This document shows, one piece after another, positions 1 to 9,744 of a DNA stretch of 64,000 nucleotides. The translations under genes were made by a program, and so were the position numbers. A model generated the notes under the pieces. The model ran no database searches. It was not told the origin of the DNA and saw nothing but the letters and a program-made list of their open reading frames with translations. This DNA comes from an uncultured Fibrobacterota bacterium (GTDB lineage: Bacteria; Fibrobacterota; Chitinivibrionia; Chitinivibrionales; FEN-1185): contig CAVSQB010000025.1 of NCBI GenBank assembly GCA_963729895.1, positions 16,819-80,818 on the forward strand, in the 5' to 3' direction. Positions within the stretch are counted from its first letter, which is position 1. Each line of letters starts with the position of its first letter.

Positions 1-1
1 G

Positions 2-241
2 GCCATCCCCCTCGCGCCTGGGTATGTCGGCACGCTCCACGCCGTGATGCTTGAAGGCCTGGTTCTCTGCGGGACGGCGCGGGACAAGGCGCAGGCGGTG
101 ACCATACTGTTTCATGCGGTGCCGTACATTACCGTCACGCTCCTCGGGTTGTATTATTTTTTCAGCATGAACATTACCTTCAGGGATATCTCCGAGGCGG
201 AAAAGTCAATCGAGAAAGAAGACCAGGCTGCACATGAATGA
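2..241 (+). CDS. 3' end of a lysylphosphatidylglycerol synthase TM/flippase-like membrane protein (partial, starts before the window)
   Basis: Frame +2 is open from the edge: AIPLAPGYVGTLHA...AVTILFHAVPYITVTLLGL, matching the P..PG..G..H/E pattern of LPG_synthase_TM C-termini. The stop overlaps the next start. Confidence 0.65.
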   Translation, partial: AIPLAPGYVGTLHAVMLEGLVLCGTARDKAQAVTILFHAVPYITVTLLGLYYFFSMNITFRDISEAEKSIEKEDQAAHE

Positions 242-1211
242 CAAAGAGCTGCTGACAGACTTACAAACGGCAACCGCGGCCATCAAGGCCGAATTGGCCA
301 GGCAGGTTGTTGGGCAAACCGGCGTGATACACGACCTTCTTGCGTGTCTTCTTGCAGGCGGGCATTGTCTGCTCGTGGGCGTGCCGGGGCTTGCCAAGAC
401 CACGCTTATCAGGTGCATCGGCCAGTGCCTCTCCCTCAAATTCAACCGCATCCAGTTCACGCCCGACCTCATGCCGTCCGACATCACCGGCTCCGAGATC
501 CTGTACGAAGACAGGGCAAGCGGCATCCGCGAGTTCAGATTTGTAAAGGGACCGATCTTCTCGAATATCGTTCTTGCCGATGAGATCAACCGCACTCCGC
601 CCAAGACCCAATCGGCGCTTTTGCAGGCGATGCAGGAGCGGGAAGTAACCTCGTCGGGAGTCACATTCGAGCTTCCCTCCCCGTTCTGGGTGCTCGCGAC
701 CCAGAACCCCATCGAGCAGGAAGGCACGTATCCTTTGCCCGAGGCCCAGCAGGACAGGTTCATGTTCGCCGTAGAAATCGATTACCCTTCTTTGTCCGAA
801 GAGATCAAGATCGCCGGAACCACCACCCTGTTGCGCGCCCAACCTCTCTCAACGGTTCTTGACGGCCCGCAGGTGGAACGGTTCCGCAGCCTTGTGTGGC
901 GGGTGCCTGTTGCGGATTCGGTGATCCAGTACGCAGTAAAGCTCGCGCGGTCCACAAGGCCCGCAAGCGCCGAATGCCCCAAAGACCTTCGGCAGTTCAT
1001 TACCTGGGGAGCAGGGCCGCGGGCATCCCAGTACCTTGTGCTGGCGGCAAAAGCCTATGCCGCGCTCGACGGAAGGCCCACGCCGGACATAAACGATGTC
1101 AAGCGAGCTGCGCCGTGCGTGCTGCGGCATCGCATCGTGAGATCGTTCAACGCCGAGACGGAAGGAATGGGAGCAAACGAGATCGTGACCCGCTTGCTTA
1201 CGGATTTGTGA
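234..1211 (+). CDS. MoxR-family AAA+ ATPase
   Basis: GVPGLAKT Walker A, RIQFTPDLMPSDITG, LADEINR Walker B, ATQNPIEQEGTYPLPEAQQDRF. Confidence 0.95.
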   Translation: MNDKELLTDLQTATAAIKAELARQVVGQTGVIHDLLACLLAGGHCLLVGVPGLAKTTLIRCIGQCLSLKFNRIQFTPDLMPSDITGSEILYEDRASGIREFRFVKGPIFSNIVLADEINRTPPKTQSALLQAMQEREVTSSGVTFELPSPFWVLATQNPIEQEGTYPLPEAQQDRFMFAVEIDYPSLSEEIKIAGTTTLLRAQPLSTVLDGPQVERFRSLVWRVPVADSVIQYAVKLARSTRPASAECPKDLRQFITWGAGPRASQYLVLAAKAYAALDGRPTPDINDVKRAAPCVLRHRIVRSFNAETEGMGANEIVTRLLTDL

Positions 1212-1259
1212 GACAATTTCTTCCGGAGTGACGGCTTTCCGCTCGCGCAAACCGGTCAC

Positions 1260-1366
1260 ACACAAAGAGGCCGGACACAGGTGTCCGGCCTCTTGCAGAA
1301 CCAGGGGGGCCTCGTTGAAAACGCCGCACTTCCTCCCTCCCCAACGCCGATACCCATGAGAGGGTA
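1260..1366 (-). ncRNA. Candidate small RNA (~105 nt)
   Basis: Lies between a near-consensus sigma70 promoter (1373-1401, minus) and the 1265-1294 hairpin; no credible CDS. Confidence 0.5.
1265..1294. terminator. Strong hairpin, probable (bidirectional) intrinsic terminator
   Basis: aagaggccggacac-ag-gtgtccggcctctt perfect inverted repeat; followed by a T/G-rich tail on the minus strand. Confidence 0.7.
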
Positions 1367-1372
1367 CTTCTC

Positions 1373-1401
1373 ATTGTACCGCCAAAAGATGGGTTTGTCA
1401 A
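1373..1401 (-). promoter_or_regulatory. Sigma70-type promoter TTGACA-N17-TACAAT
   Basis: Minus strand reads ttgaca aacccatcttttggcgg tacaat (17-nt spacer). Confidence 0.75.
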
Positions 1402-1436
1402 GGGTGTTTCGGCACGCCGCGTGATAAAGCGCGATG

Positions 1437-1452
1437 TGTGATAGCCGTCACA
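1437..1452. promoter_or_regulatory. CRP-family-type box TGTGA-N6-TCACA
   Basis: tgtga tagccg tcaca, an exact consensus match in an intergenic region between divergent promoters. Confidence 0.55.
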
Positions 1453-1623
1453 GCGCCGCATCCGACGGGACGGTATTTTTCATGGGAAGGTCGACGTGCA
1501 GGTTTTCGCACTCTTTAATCCCGGTTCTTTCAGCTTTCGCCGGCAGGAAATTCATGTTCATGGGGGTCTCTAATGCCAAAACGCGTGGAATTTCAAGCTT
1601 TCTTCTGCGGATTCCGTTTCGCC

Positions 1624-1652
1624 TTGACGCGGCGCGTGAGGTCACCTATTTT
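1624..1652 (+). promoter_or_regulatory. Probable promoter TTGACG-N17-TATTTT for the CsgG-like/FN3 lipoprotein operon
   Basis: ttgacg + 17 nt + tatttt, ~50 nt upstream of the TTG start at 1703. Confidence 0.5.
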
Positions 1653-1702
1653 TCTTTCGGTTTTTGGCGGTTGTCATGGAAGAGCATGAAAAGGGGAACG
1701 CC

Positions 1703-2581
1703 TTGAAAAAAAATCCGTGGTTATTCCTGCTTTGCGTTTTTCTGCCTCTGTTCGCTCAGGAAAAGAAGCTGAATATTGCGATTTCGGACCTTTCGGGTCA
1801 GGGCATTGAACAGTCGTCGACTGCAATCATCTCCGACCGGCTGCGCACCGAGCTGTTCAAGCAGGGCGGTTTTACGGTTCTCGAACGCAATGCGATGCAG
1901 GACATCCTCAAGGAGCAGGGATTTCAGCAGAGCGGTTGCACGTCCGATGCATGCGCAGTGGAGATCGGGCAGCTGCTTGGCGTATCCTATATCGTGATCG
2001 GCACCGTCGGCAAACTCGGGCATCTTTTTACCATCGATGTCAGAATGATCGAAGTTTCAACGGCAAAGATCATTTATTCCGAGAATGTCGATTGCGATTG
2101 TCCTATTGAGAAGGTGCTGACAAGTTCTGTTGTCTCGATTGCCAAGAAGATATCCGACAACCTGAAGTCCCAGACTGCGCAGGCATCCGAAGCAGCCAAG
2201 GTTTTGAATAACCAACAGGCAACGGCGGCGGCCCCATCCATTGGCGACACCGCGGCTGGCGGCACAAAGAAGCCGGTGCAACCGACCACAAGTCCTGCGC
2301 GGAAAAAGAGTCCGGTCCTCAAGATAACGTTCGGCGCCGTGACGGTTGTTGCTGCGGGTGCGGGCTATGCATTTAATACTATGGTCACAGGCAAGATAAA
2401 CGATAATGCGAGCCTTAAGGCCCAGTACCAGTCACAGCCGGGCAATTCGCAGTATGCGGTGTACGCCGGCCAGATATCCGATAACAACAAGAGCGCTAAC
2501 ACCTACCAGAATCTGCGGAACGCCGGCTACGTTCTTGCTCTGCTCGGGCTGGCGGGATTCGGAGTTTCATTTTTCTTTTAA
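1703..2581 (+). CDS. CsgG/HfaB-like domain protein with signal peptide and C-terminal hydrophobic segments
   Basis: TTG start after AAGGGG; IAISDL..SDRLRTEL..VLERNAMQDILKEQGFQQSGC..AVEIGQLLGV..IGTVGKLG pattern. Confidence 0.75.
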   Translation: MKKNPWLFLLCVFLPLFAQEKKLNIAISDLSGQGIEQSSTAIISDRLRTELFKQGGFTVLERNAMQDILKEQGFQQSGCTSDACAVEIGQLLGVSYIVIGTVGKLGHLFTIDVRMIEVSTAKIIYSENVDCDCPIEKVLTSSVVSIAKKISDNLKSQTAQASEAAKVLNNQQATAAAPSIGDTAAGGTKKPVQPTTSPARKKSPVLKITFGAVTVVAAGAGYAFNTMVTGKINDNASLKAQYQSQPGNSQYAVYAGQISDNNKSANTYQNLRNAGYVLALLGLAGFGVSFFF

Positions 2582-2605
2582 TAAGTTCATCCCTCTATTA
2601 AAGAA

Positions 2606-5600
2606 ATGGACACCATGAATAGAACTGGCAGGCCCCTCTCAAAAGCCCTGAGTTTGGTAGCGCTGGCACTGTTGACGTGCACAAAGATCCCGAGCGACAT
2701 GGCCACGCTTACGCCGAACGTAGGCGCAACGTCGCTTCTCGCCCCGGCGGACGGAAGCACGGACAACATCCTGGCTCCGCGACTTATGTGGGAATCGGTT
2801 GCCGGCGCAACCGGATATCATGTTCAGGTGTCAACCGCAAGCGATTTCTCCGTGATCGCATTTGAAGACTCGGCTGTATCTGACACCTTTAAGGCTGCCG
2901 TCGGTTTAAAGTACAAAACGATGTATTACTGGCGGGTGCAGGTGCATGACGCAAGGAGCTTGAGCGACTGGACGATGTACCGGATTTTTACAACGATAAT
3001 TGAGCCGCAGACACCTGCAATAGTGTCGCCAAAAGACAGCGCGACAGGCGCGCCCACAACACTCACTTTGATATGGAATTCGGCTGGCGGCGCGGCGTCA
3101 TATTTTGTTCAGGTGGCATCAGACACCGGATTTACCGGCATAGTGACGGCGGATTCAACGTTGGGAGATACGGCAAAACTGGTGACCGGCCTTTCCAACA
3201 ACCAGACCTACTACTGGCGCATCAGATCACAAAATCCGGGCGGGGTGAGCGCGTGGACCGCCATGAAGAGCTTTACCACGATTGTCGCTGCGCCTGTCGC
3301 GCCAACGTTGAATTCTCCGGCGAGCGGGGCGGTTAACCAGCAGCTTTCGCTGACACTTTCGTGGAGCACGGTCTCAAATGCGTCCACGTATTATTTACAA
3401 GTAGCCACGGACTTGGCGTTTGCCGACATTGTTTTCAAGGATTCCGCGGTTACCGATACGTCAATGACTGTTTCCGGGCTTGCAAACGGCGTTCTTTATT
3501 ACTGGCGGGTGATGGCGCAAAACCAGGGAGGCGTTAGTGCGTGGTCCAACCTCAGCGGATTTACGACGATCGCCGCTGCGCCGAAGCAGCCGTCGCTGAT
3601 TTCTCCTGCGGATGGGGCGGTCGGTCAGACCATCCCGCTGACCGTGATCTGGAACAAGGCTGTCGGCGCAGCGACCTATGTTTTACAGGTGGCAACCGAT
3701 ACCGGATTTACCTTGATTTCCGCGGCCGACTCGATGCTGACTGATACCGCGAAATCGCTTGCCGGTCTCGCGAACAGCACAAAATACTACTGGCGAGTTC
3801 AGGCAAAGAACCCGACCGGCGCCAGTGCATGGTCAACAGTCAGAAGCTTTACAACGTTTGCCGCTGCGCTTGGGACGCCTGTTTTGCGGTCGCCGGCAGA
3901 TGCGGCGACCGGTCAGCCCGTGGCTGCCGTGGTCAGCTGGCAGGCAGTCAGCGGCGCAAAGAATTACCGCGTTCAAGCGTCAATGAGTAATGATTTTTCC
4001 ACGATCTTTGTGCAGGATTCCGGCTTGACCGATACGTCTGCAACACTTGCAGGACTTGTCAATAACACCACCTATTTCTGGCGCGCACGGGCGGAGAACG
4101 CCGCCGGATTCGGCAACTGGACAAGTCCCTGGAGGTTCACCACCATCATGGCAGCGCCGCAGATTCCAGCGCTTGTGGCCCCTGCCGACGCGGCAACGGG
4201 TCAGCAATTGTCCCTTGCGCTGGCATGGAACACGGCGGCCGGCGCCGCCACCTACAGCCTCCAGGTGGCGGCCGATTCCAATTTCGGAAGCATTGTGGCC
4301 GCGGATTCGATTATTGCCGACACGGCGCAGACCGTCACCGGACTCTTGAACAGTACCACCTACTATTGGAGGGTGGCTTCCAGAAACCCGGTCGGGACGA
4401 GCGGTTGGTCGGTTCGCAGGAGTTTTACAACGTTTGCGGCAACGCTGCAGACGCCAACGCTGACGTCGCCACAAAACGGGGCAACCGGCATTTCGATTGT
4501 GCCGACGCTCATCTGGTCCACCGTTGCGAATGCAACCACCTACGAGGTGCAGGTATCGGGCGTCAACGACTTTTCAACGGTTCTTACCGACGACGCGACG
4601 CTGACCAGCGGGTCCAAACCGCTCAGCGCCTTGCTTAACAGCACAATGTATTATTGGCGTGTTCGCGCAAAAAGCTTGTCCGGGACCAGCAACTGGACTG
4701 ATTCCTGGACCTTCACAACCATTATAACCGTACCGGCAACCCCTGTCCTTGTGTTGCCGAATGATAATGCCGGGGGCCAGCCGGTGTCGTTGAGTTTGCT
4801 GTGGAACAGGGCCAATGGAGCGGCGACGTATTATGTCCAGGTGGCCGCAGACACAGGATTTGTCAGCGTTATTTCCTCCGATTCAACATTGACAGACACA
4901 TCAAAAGCCGTTAGCGGGCTTGCCAACGGGTCGACGTATTACTGGCGCGTACAGGCCAGGAACCTAAGCGGAGGGAGCGCGTGGTCCGTGCGAAGGAGTT
5001 TTACCACGATCAGGCAGTTTACGCTTACAATAACCGCAGCCAACGGGAGCGTCACGATATCGCCGAACCAGGCGCAATACGACTCCGGAGCTGTGCTGAC
5101 GCTGATAGCGACGCCTGCACCCGGTTATCAATTTACCGGATGGAGCGGGGACGCCAGCGGTGCATCCGACACGGCGACGATCATCATGAACAGGACCAAG
5201 GGCGTTACCGCCAATTTTGCGATCGCCACCTATCAACTGACGGTAATCGCCGGATCGGGCGGGGCATTTACGGCGCCTTCGACCTCACCGGTGACGGTTA
5301 GCAGCGGCACGCCAACGACAATAACGGCGTCACCGATTGGCGGCTATGTTTTTGCGAATTGGTCGGTAACAAGCGGTACGGCTGTCATTGCAAGCGCCGC
5401 CTCAACCTCCACCACGGTGACACTCAGTTCCGGCAACGCAACGGTGACTGCAAATTTTGCTGTGGCCAGCACCTATCAATTGACGGTAATCGCCGGAACG
5501 GGCGGGGCATTTACGGCGCCAACGACCTCCCCGGTGACCGTTAGCAGCGGCGCGCCGACGACAATAACGGCGACACCGATTGCCGGCTACAGTTTTGGAA

Positions 5601-6808
5601 ATTGGTCGGTAACAAGCGGCACGGCTGCCATTGCAAGTGCCTCGTCAGCCTCCACCACGGTGACACTCACCTTCGGAAATGCAACCGTGACTGCGAACTT
5701 CGTGCCCATCACCGCTCAACTCACCGTTATCGCCGGAACGGGCGGGACAATCACCGCGCCTTCGAGTTCGCCGGTGACCGTGAATTATGGCGCGGCAACG
5801 ACCATAACCGCGCTACCGATCACGGGGTACAGTTTCGTGAACTGGACAGCACCGGTCGGCACGGCAACCATTGCGAATGCGAGTTCCGACACGACAACCG
5901 TGACGCTGACCAATGGTGCTGCCACCGTGCAGGCGAATTTCAAACCGATATGCCAGTGGACGGCGGTTAATAATGGGCTTACGAACACTGACGTGATTTC
6001 ACTCAATTCAAACGGTAACAACATTTTTGCGGGGACAAGCGGGGGTGGCGCTTTCTTGTCCACCAATAGCGGCACAAGCTGGGCTGCTGTTAATTCCGGA
6101 CTTACGAGCGGTTATGTCTTCTCTTTTGTCGGAGTTAATAGCAGGATCCTTGCCGGAACGGGCGGGGGCGTTTTCGTTTCAGCCGACAATGGTACCACCT
6201 GGATCGATTCCGGACTAACGGGTTACGCTGTTTTTTCTCTTGCAACAAATGGAAACGGGACCTTTGCCGGCACCAATGGTTTTGGTGTTTTCGTGTCCCA
6301 GGATAACGGCGTAAGCTGGTCTGCCGTCAACACCGGCCTCGGAAATTTGAATGTTCCGGATCTTCTCGCCACTAGCGGCGTTGACCTGTTTGCCGGAACG
6401 TACGGCGGCGGTGTTTTTCATTCCATCGGCGGGGCCTGGACTGCGGTCAATACCGGACTAACTAATGATACGATCCTGTGTCTTGCGGCGAGTGGAAACG
6501 GCAACAATATTTTTGCCGGAACAAATGGCGGAGGCGTCTTCATATCCACCAATAACGGCGCAACCTGGACAGCGGTAAACTCCGGCATTCCCTCGTCGGA
6601 GGCCTATATTCAATCCCTTTTTGTAAGCGGCTCCAGTATTTTTGCCGGAACGAGTTTCGGGCAGGTATTCCTATCTACCAATAATGGCGCAAGCTGGAAT
6701 CTTGCCAACGTAGGGCTCGGGAATCAACCTATCATGTCTTTTACCGGCAACGGCCTCACCATCTTTGCCGGGACAGGCACCGGCGTCTTTAGCTCTCCCA
6801 TGCCCTAG
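2606..6808 (+). CDS. Large surface lipoprotein: 8 FN3-like repeats, 4 InlB-B-like repeats, C-terminal BNR/Asp-box beta-propeller
   Basis: Lipobox-like LLTC; eight YY/FWRV-type repeats; four YQLTV...GY.F..W...TANF repeats; repeated ST(N/D)NG.(S/T)W motifs. Confidence 0.85.
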   Translation: MDTMNRTGRPLSKALSLVALALLTCTKIPSDMATLTPNVGATSLLAPADGSTDNILAPRLMWESVAGATGYHVQVSTASDFSVIAFEDSAVSDTFKAAVGLKYKTMYYWRVQVHDARSLSDWTMYRIFTTIIEPQTPAIVSPKDSATGAPTTLTLIWNSAGGAASYFVQVASDTGFTGIVTADSTLGDTAKLVTGLSNNQTYYWRIRSQNPGGVSAWTAMKSFTTIVAAPVAPTLNSPASGAVNQQLSLTLSWSTVSNASTYYLQVATDLAFADIVFKDSAVTDTSMTVSGLANGVLYYWRVMAQNQGGVSAWSNLSGFTTIAAAPKQPSLISPADGAVGQTIPLTVIWNKAVGAATYVLQVATDTGFTLISAADSMLTDTAKSLAGLANSTKYYWRVQAKNPTGASAWSTVRSFTTFAAALGTPVLRSPADAATGQPVAAVVSWQAVSGAKNYRVQASMSNDFSTIFVQDSGLTDTSATLAGLVNNTTYFWRARAENAAGFGNWTSPWRFTTIMAAPQIPALVAPADAATGQQLSLALAWNTAAGAATYSLQVAADSNFGSIVAADSIIADTAQTVTGLLNSTTYYWRVASRNPVGTSGWSVRRSFTTFAATLQTPTLTSPQNGATGISIVPTLIWSTVANATTYEVQVSGVNDFSTVLTDDATLTSGSKPLSALLNSTMYYWRVRAKSLSGTSNWTDSWTFTTIITVPATPVLVLPNDNAGGQPVSLSLLWNRANGAATYYVQVAADTGFVSVISSDSTLTDTSKAVSGLANGSTYYWRVQARNLSGGSAWSVRRSFTTIRQFTLTITAANGSVTISPNQAQYDSGAVLTLIATPAPGYQFTGWSGDASGASDTATIIMNRTKGVTANFAIATYQLTVIAGSGGAFTAPSTSPVTVSSGTPTTITASPIGGYVFANWSVTSGTAVIASAASTSTTVTLSSGNATVTANFAVASTYQLTVIAGTGGAFTAPTTSPVTVSSGAPTTITATPIAGYSFGNWSVTSGTAAIASASSASTTVTLTFGNATVTANFVPITAQLTVIAGTGGTITAPSSSPVTVNYGAATTITALPITGYSFVNWTAPVGTATIANASSDTTTVTLTNGAATVQANFKPICQWTAVNNGLTNTDVISLNSNGNNIFAGTSGGGAFLSTNSGTSWAAVNSGLTSGYVFSFVGVNSRILAGTGGGVFVSADNGTTWIDSGLTGYAVFSLATNGNGTFAGTNGFGVFVSQDNGVSWSAVNTGLGNLNVPDLLATSGVDLFAGTYGGGVFHSIGGAWTAVNTGLTNDTILCLAASGNGNNIFAGTNGGGVFISTNNGATWTAVNSGIPSSEAYIQSLFVSGSSIFAGTSFGQVFLSTNNGASWNLANVGLGNQPIMSFTGNGLTIFAGTGTGVFSSPMP
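5228..5700 (+). repeat. Intragenic tandem duplication (~243-bp unit) of InlB-B-like domains
   Basis: acctatcaa(c/t)tgacggtaatcgccgga recurs at 5228 and 5471, with highly similar downstream DNA. Confidence 0.8.
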
Positions 6809-7041
6809 AAAGGGCTTCGCAGGGGAAGCTTGAGCCGGCAGTCTTGTTCTCAAAAGCAAATGACTTGCCGTCAATTCGCTCAAGTCAATTAGCGACATGC
6901 AGAGTTGCCTTAATGCAAAAGCCGGACATTCGGGGACCAGCGCAGCATGATTCAGGTGTGCCGAAAAAGAAGTGGTACTTTTCTGCCGATTATACCAGTG
7001 ACTGAAGAAGGTCGTCACCAATCAAAAAGCAAAACCTGTCC

Positions 7042-7917
7042 ATGGGCGCTTTCGTAAACCGTCTCAGCACGGTTGACGAATTGCTGTCGCACCCGAATAT
7101 ACTCAAGCACCGTTTTGTAATCTCGTCGCTGTACGGCACTTTTCCCAACGTTATCTGGAACGGCGGAAGAACGTTGATGCAATCGTATTCCAACATTACC
7201 AATGAGAGGGAATGGTACAAAACAAGGAACTATCTCTGGTACGATCCGGACGGCATGGAATCGCTTGTCAAGTCCTACAACGACAAGGGAATCGGGATCA
7301 GGTACACCTACTCCAATACATTGATTACCAAAAAAGATTTGAGCGACAAACGGGCAAACCTTACTTTGGAAGTGGCTCACAATTCAATGAACGCGGTCAT
7401 TACCGGGAATCCGCTCATAGAAGAATATGTCCGGAAACATTATCCGAAGTTCAAGATCATCAGCTCGGCAACGTCGCAAAAAAATCTTTCCGTTCCTTTC
7501 TTGAAAAAGCGGATTGACGAGGTTGATCTTCTGGTGCTCCCGCCGGAGTATAACGACGATTATGAGCTGATAAACCTGCTTGGAGTTGACAAGCTAGAAA
7601 TTCTCATCAACGAACGGTGTGTTCCGTATTGCCCCAACAGGCTGGCGCATTACACGGCGATTTCGAAATCACAGATTCTCTGGGATTCAAGGTTCGAGGG
7701 CGAATGTTACGCCAGGCATTGTCCGGTCTACCGGGCGATGAGGGAAAACGCTCGAGTGGAAACCCTGGTCCTTTCGGACAAAGAGATTACCGCCTTGCAG
7801 AAGCTGGGAGTTCACCACTTCAAGTTCGTGGGACGCCATTTGACTCGGAATGAGTTTATCGGGGCGGTGGACAGATTCCTTGTCAAGGAACAGTTCAGGA
7901 TTTCTATAGGCAATTGA
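7042..7917 (+). CDS. Hypothetical protein, peptidase U32-like TIM-barrel with Cys cluster
   Basis: Layout resembles U32-like proteins (YTYSN, ...IISS.T, EILINERC..YCPNR..HY, later CxxxxC, ...HFKFVGR); has a clean stop and terminator. Confidence 0.55.
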   Translation: MGAFVNRLSTVDELLSHPNILKHRFVISSLYGTFPNVIWNGGRTLMQSYSNITNEREWYKTRNYLWYDPDGMESLVKSYNDKGIGIRYTYSNTLITKKDLSDKRANLTLEVAHNSMNAVITGNPLIEEYVRKHYPKFKIISSATSQKNLSVPFLKKRIDEVDLLVLPPEYNDDYELINLLGVDKLEILINERCVPYCPNRLAHYTAISKSQILWDSRFEGECYARHCPVYRAMRENARVETLVLSDKEITALQKLGVHHFKFVGRHLTRNEFIGAVDRFLVKEQFRISIGN

Positions 7918-7965
7918 GGCCGATCCGTGCCCGCACATTGTGCACGACCTGCGCCGCTAAAAGAC

Positions 7966-7998
7966 ACAAACCCTCTTCAGGGGGAGAAGAGGGTTTGT
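7966..7998. terminator. Bidirectional intrinsic terminator between convergent genes
   Basis: acaaaccctcttc / gaagagggtttgt 13-bp stem. Confidence 0.8.
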
Positions 7999-8027
7999 CG
8001 TCGCAAATCACGGCCAACCAAGTCAAT

Positions 8028-9566
8028 CTACCTGCTCACCACCAAATCTCCTGCCGACTGAGTGTTCCGGCCGCGCAACTTTACGACGTAGTGTCCGGTA
8101 TTCACCATTCTGCCATTGTCGGACATTCCGTCCCACACAATGTGGTTGCTGCCCGGGTTGATTTCAAGCGTCCGGACCTTCCTGCCCTGTACGGTATAAA
8201 TCTCCGCGGACTGCACGGTCTCGCCTTGCGCAAGGTTGACGTTGGCGACAACCGGCCTGATGCCGTTGCCGGTCACGGTGATTTGCACAATGCCCTGGCG
8301 GGAAAGATGCGGGTTCTCCTGGGGCAGCACTTCAACGGCAAAGTTCGAAGCGTCAACGATGCCTTTTCCCGCTCCGGTTTGCGGGGTCATGAGGGTTGTT
8401 ATGTCCGCCGCCGTGTAACCGTAGGCGGTCACAAATTTGTCGACTATAGTCGCATTCCAGGTGGGAAACGCGCCCCCCGACTGGTATTTCTGGGACCTGA
8501 TCTTGACCGTTGCGACGTGGTCAACCGCGCCGGCAAAGGTACCCATCACAATCGAACGTTGGTCCGCGCCGTCGCTCACGGTGCCGACCCATTGCCCGGG
8601 ATCGCCCGCCCACATGCAGTCCACAATGCAAAGCTGCGCCTTTGCGGGATAGGAACCTGGAATATCTCCTACAACATAATCGGACGAATTGACATACATC
8701 AAGGCATAAATGCCCTGGGCTGAACCGACGGATCCTGCCGCATCGCCCCCATCGGTATGGCCAAAGTCAATTGTCCGCTTGTTGTTCTTCTGGCACATGG
8801 TCACTCCGCTGTATTCATTGTAACGGTCATGGCCCTTGTTGACTGCGCAGTTTACAAAGATGTCGACCCCTTCAAGGGTCGAGGTTGCCGGGGCGTTAAC
8901 CAGGTTGGGCGTAAAATTGGGAAGTCCTGCAGGAAAAACCGCCGTCGTCGGCGTGCCGTCGGTTCCCGGCCCGAGAACTACGCCAGCCGGAATAGGCTTG
9001 CCCGCACCTATGTAATTTCCAAAAGGACCGGCGTTTCCTTGGTCGTAAATACAGATATTTGCCGGCGCCATACCCATCCCGATAAGCACGTTGCACACCT
9101 TTGCCACCACGGCAACCGAGGGAAAAAGACCGGCGAAAGTATTCACTTTTATCGCTGCTTTTGCTGTTGCCCAGGTCTTGGTTGCGGGAATCTTGAAGAT
9201 TGTGCTCCATGCGTCTGCAGGAGTGGTTTTGTTTGCAAGGGCGCATGCCAGTTTGTCCATGTCAGTTGCGACAACCGAGTAATTTACAATCGAATTCGTG
9301 GTATTTGCGGCAGGGGTGGGATTGTTGAAGGCGTCCCAACTTCCGTAATGATGGTTGGCATTCATCACGGCCTGATCTGTGATATAGGCGACGCGGAGAT
9401 TGTCGATATCCGTGTTGATGGGCGTTTTGCTGAGGTCTATAAGGGTGAGGTCGATATTTGCCGCAGAGGCTTTTTTCACCATCGGAACGCCCACCATCAA
9501 TCCGGCTGCGCCGACAGCCGAAGCCCTCAAAAAGTTTCTCCTGCTCTCCAAGGTTTTCTTGCTCAT
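8028..9566 (-). CDS. Tat-exported DUF362-family protein with C-terminal FlgD-Ig/T9SS-like domain (paralog A)
   Basis: SRRNFLRA twin-Arg signal; AIKVN and N.AVNKGH...GVTMCQKN DUF362-type motifs; tail IYTVQGRKVRTL..IVWDG.SDNGR.V.TG.Y.VKL. ATG at 9566 follows GAGGGG. Confidence 0.75.
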   Translation of the reverse strand: MSKKTLESRRNFLRASAVGAAGLMVGVPMVKKASAANIDLTLIDLSKTPINTDIDNLRVAYITDQAVMNANHHYGSWDAFNNPTPAANTTNSIVNYSVVATDMDKLACALANKTTPADAWSTIFKIPATKTWATAKAAIKVNTFAGLFPSVAVVAKVCNVLIGMGMAPANICIYDQGNAGPFGNYIGAGKPIPAGVVLGPGTDGTPTTAVFPAGLPNFTPNLVNAPATSTLEGVDIFVNCAVNKGHDRYNEYSGVTMCQKNNKRTIDFGHTDGGDAAGSVGSAQGIYALMYVNSSDYVVGDIPGSYPAKAQLCIVDCMWAGDPGQWVGTVSDGADQRSIVMGTFAGAVDHVATVKIRSQKYQSGGAFPTWNATIVDKFVTAYGYTAADITTLMTPQTGAGKGIVDASNFAVEVLPQENPHLSRQGIVQITVTGNGIRPVVANVNLAQGETVQSAEIYTVQGRKVRTLEINPGSNHIVWDGMSDNGRMVNTGHYVVKLRGRNTQSAGDLVVSR

Positions 9567-9744
9567 TGCTTTTCCCCCTCTCGACAAAGTGTAATGGTGA
9601 ACAGACAGTTTTCTCCCCTTCCCCTATTCTCTACAGCAAACAACTCACTATCTTTCTTAACACCCGGCTTGCAGTTCGTGTGACGCTTATTCTTCTCTCC
9701 CGTATGGCAAACCGTCATGACCTTCTTTCAACACCCGCCATTTA

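Noticed and set aside
2606..6000. CRISPR-like or non-coding array suggested by periodic repeats (also 35500-36920)
   Set aside because: Repeats are in-frame FN3/InlB-B protein domains; no constant repeat-spacer structure and no cas genes.
6828..6883. Interrupted hairpin cttgagc..cggca..tgccg..gctcaag after the FN3 gene as an ncRNA
   Set aside because: Single copy, no promoter or known motif; adequately explained as a 3'-UTR stem.
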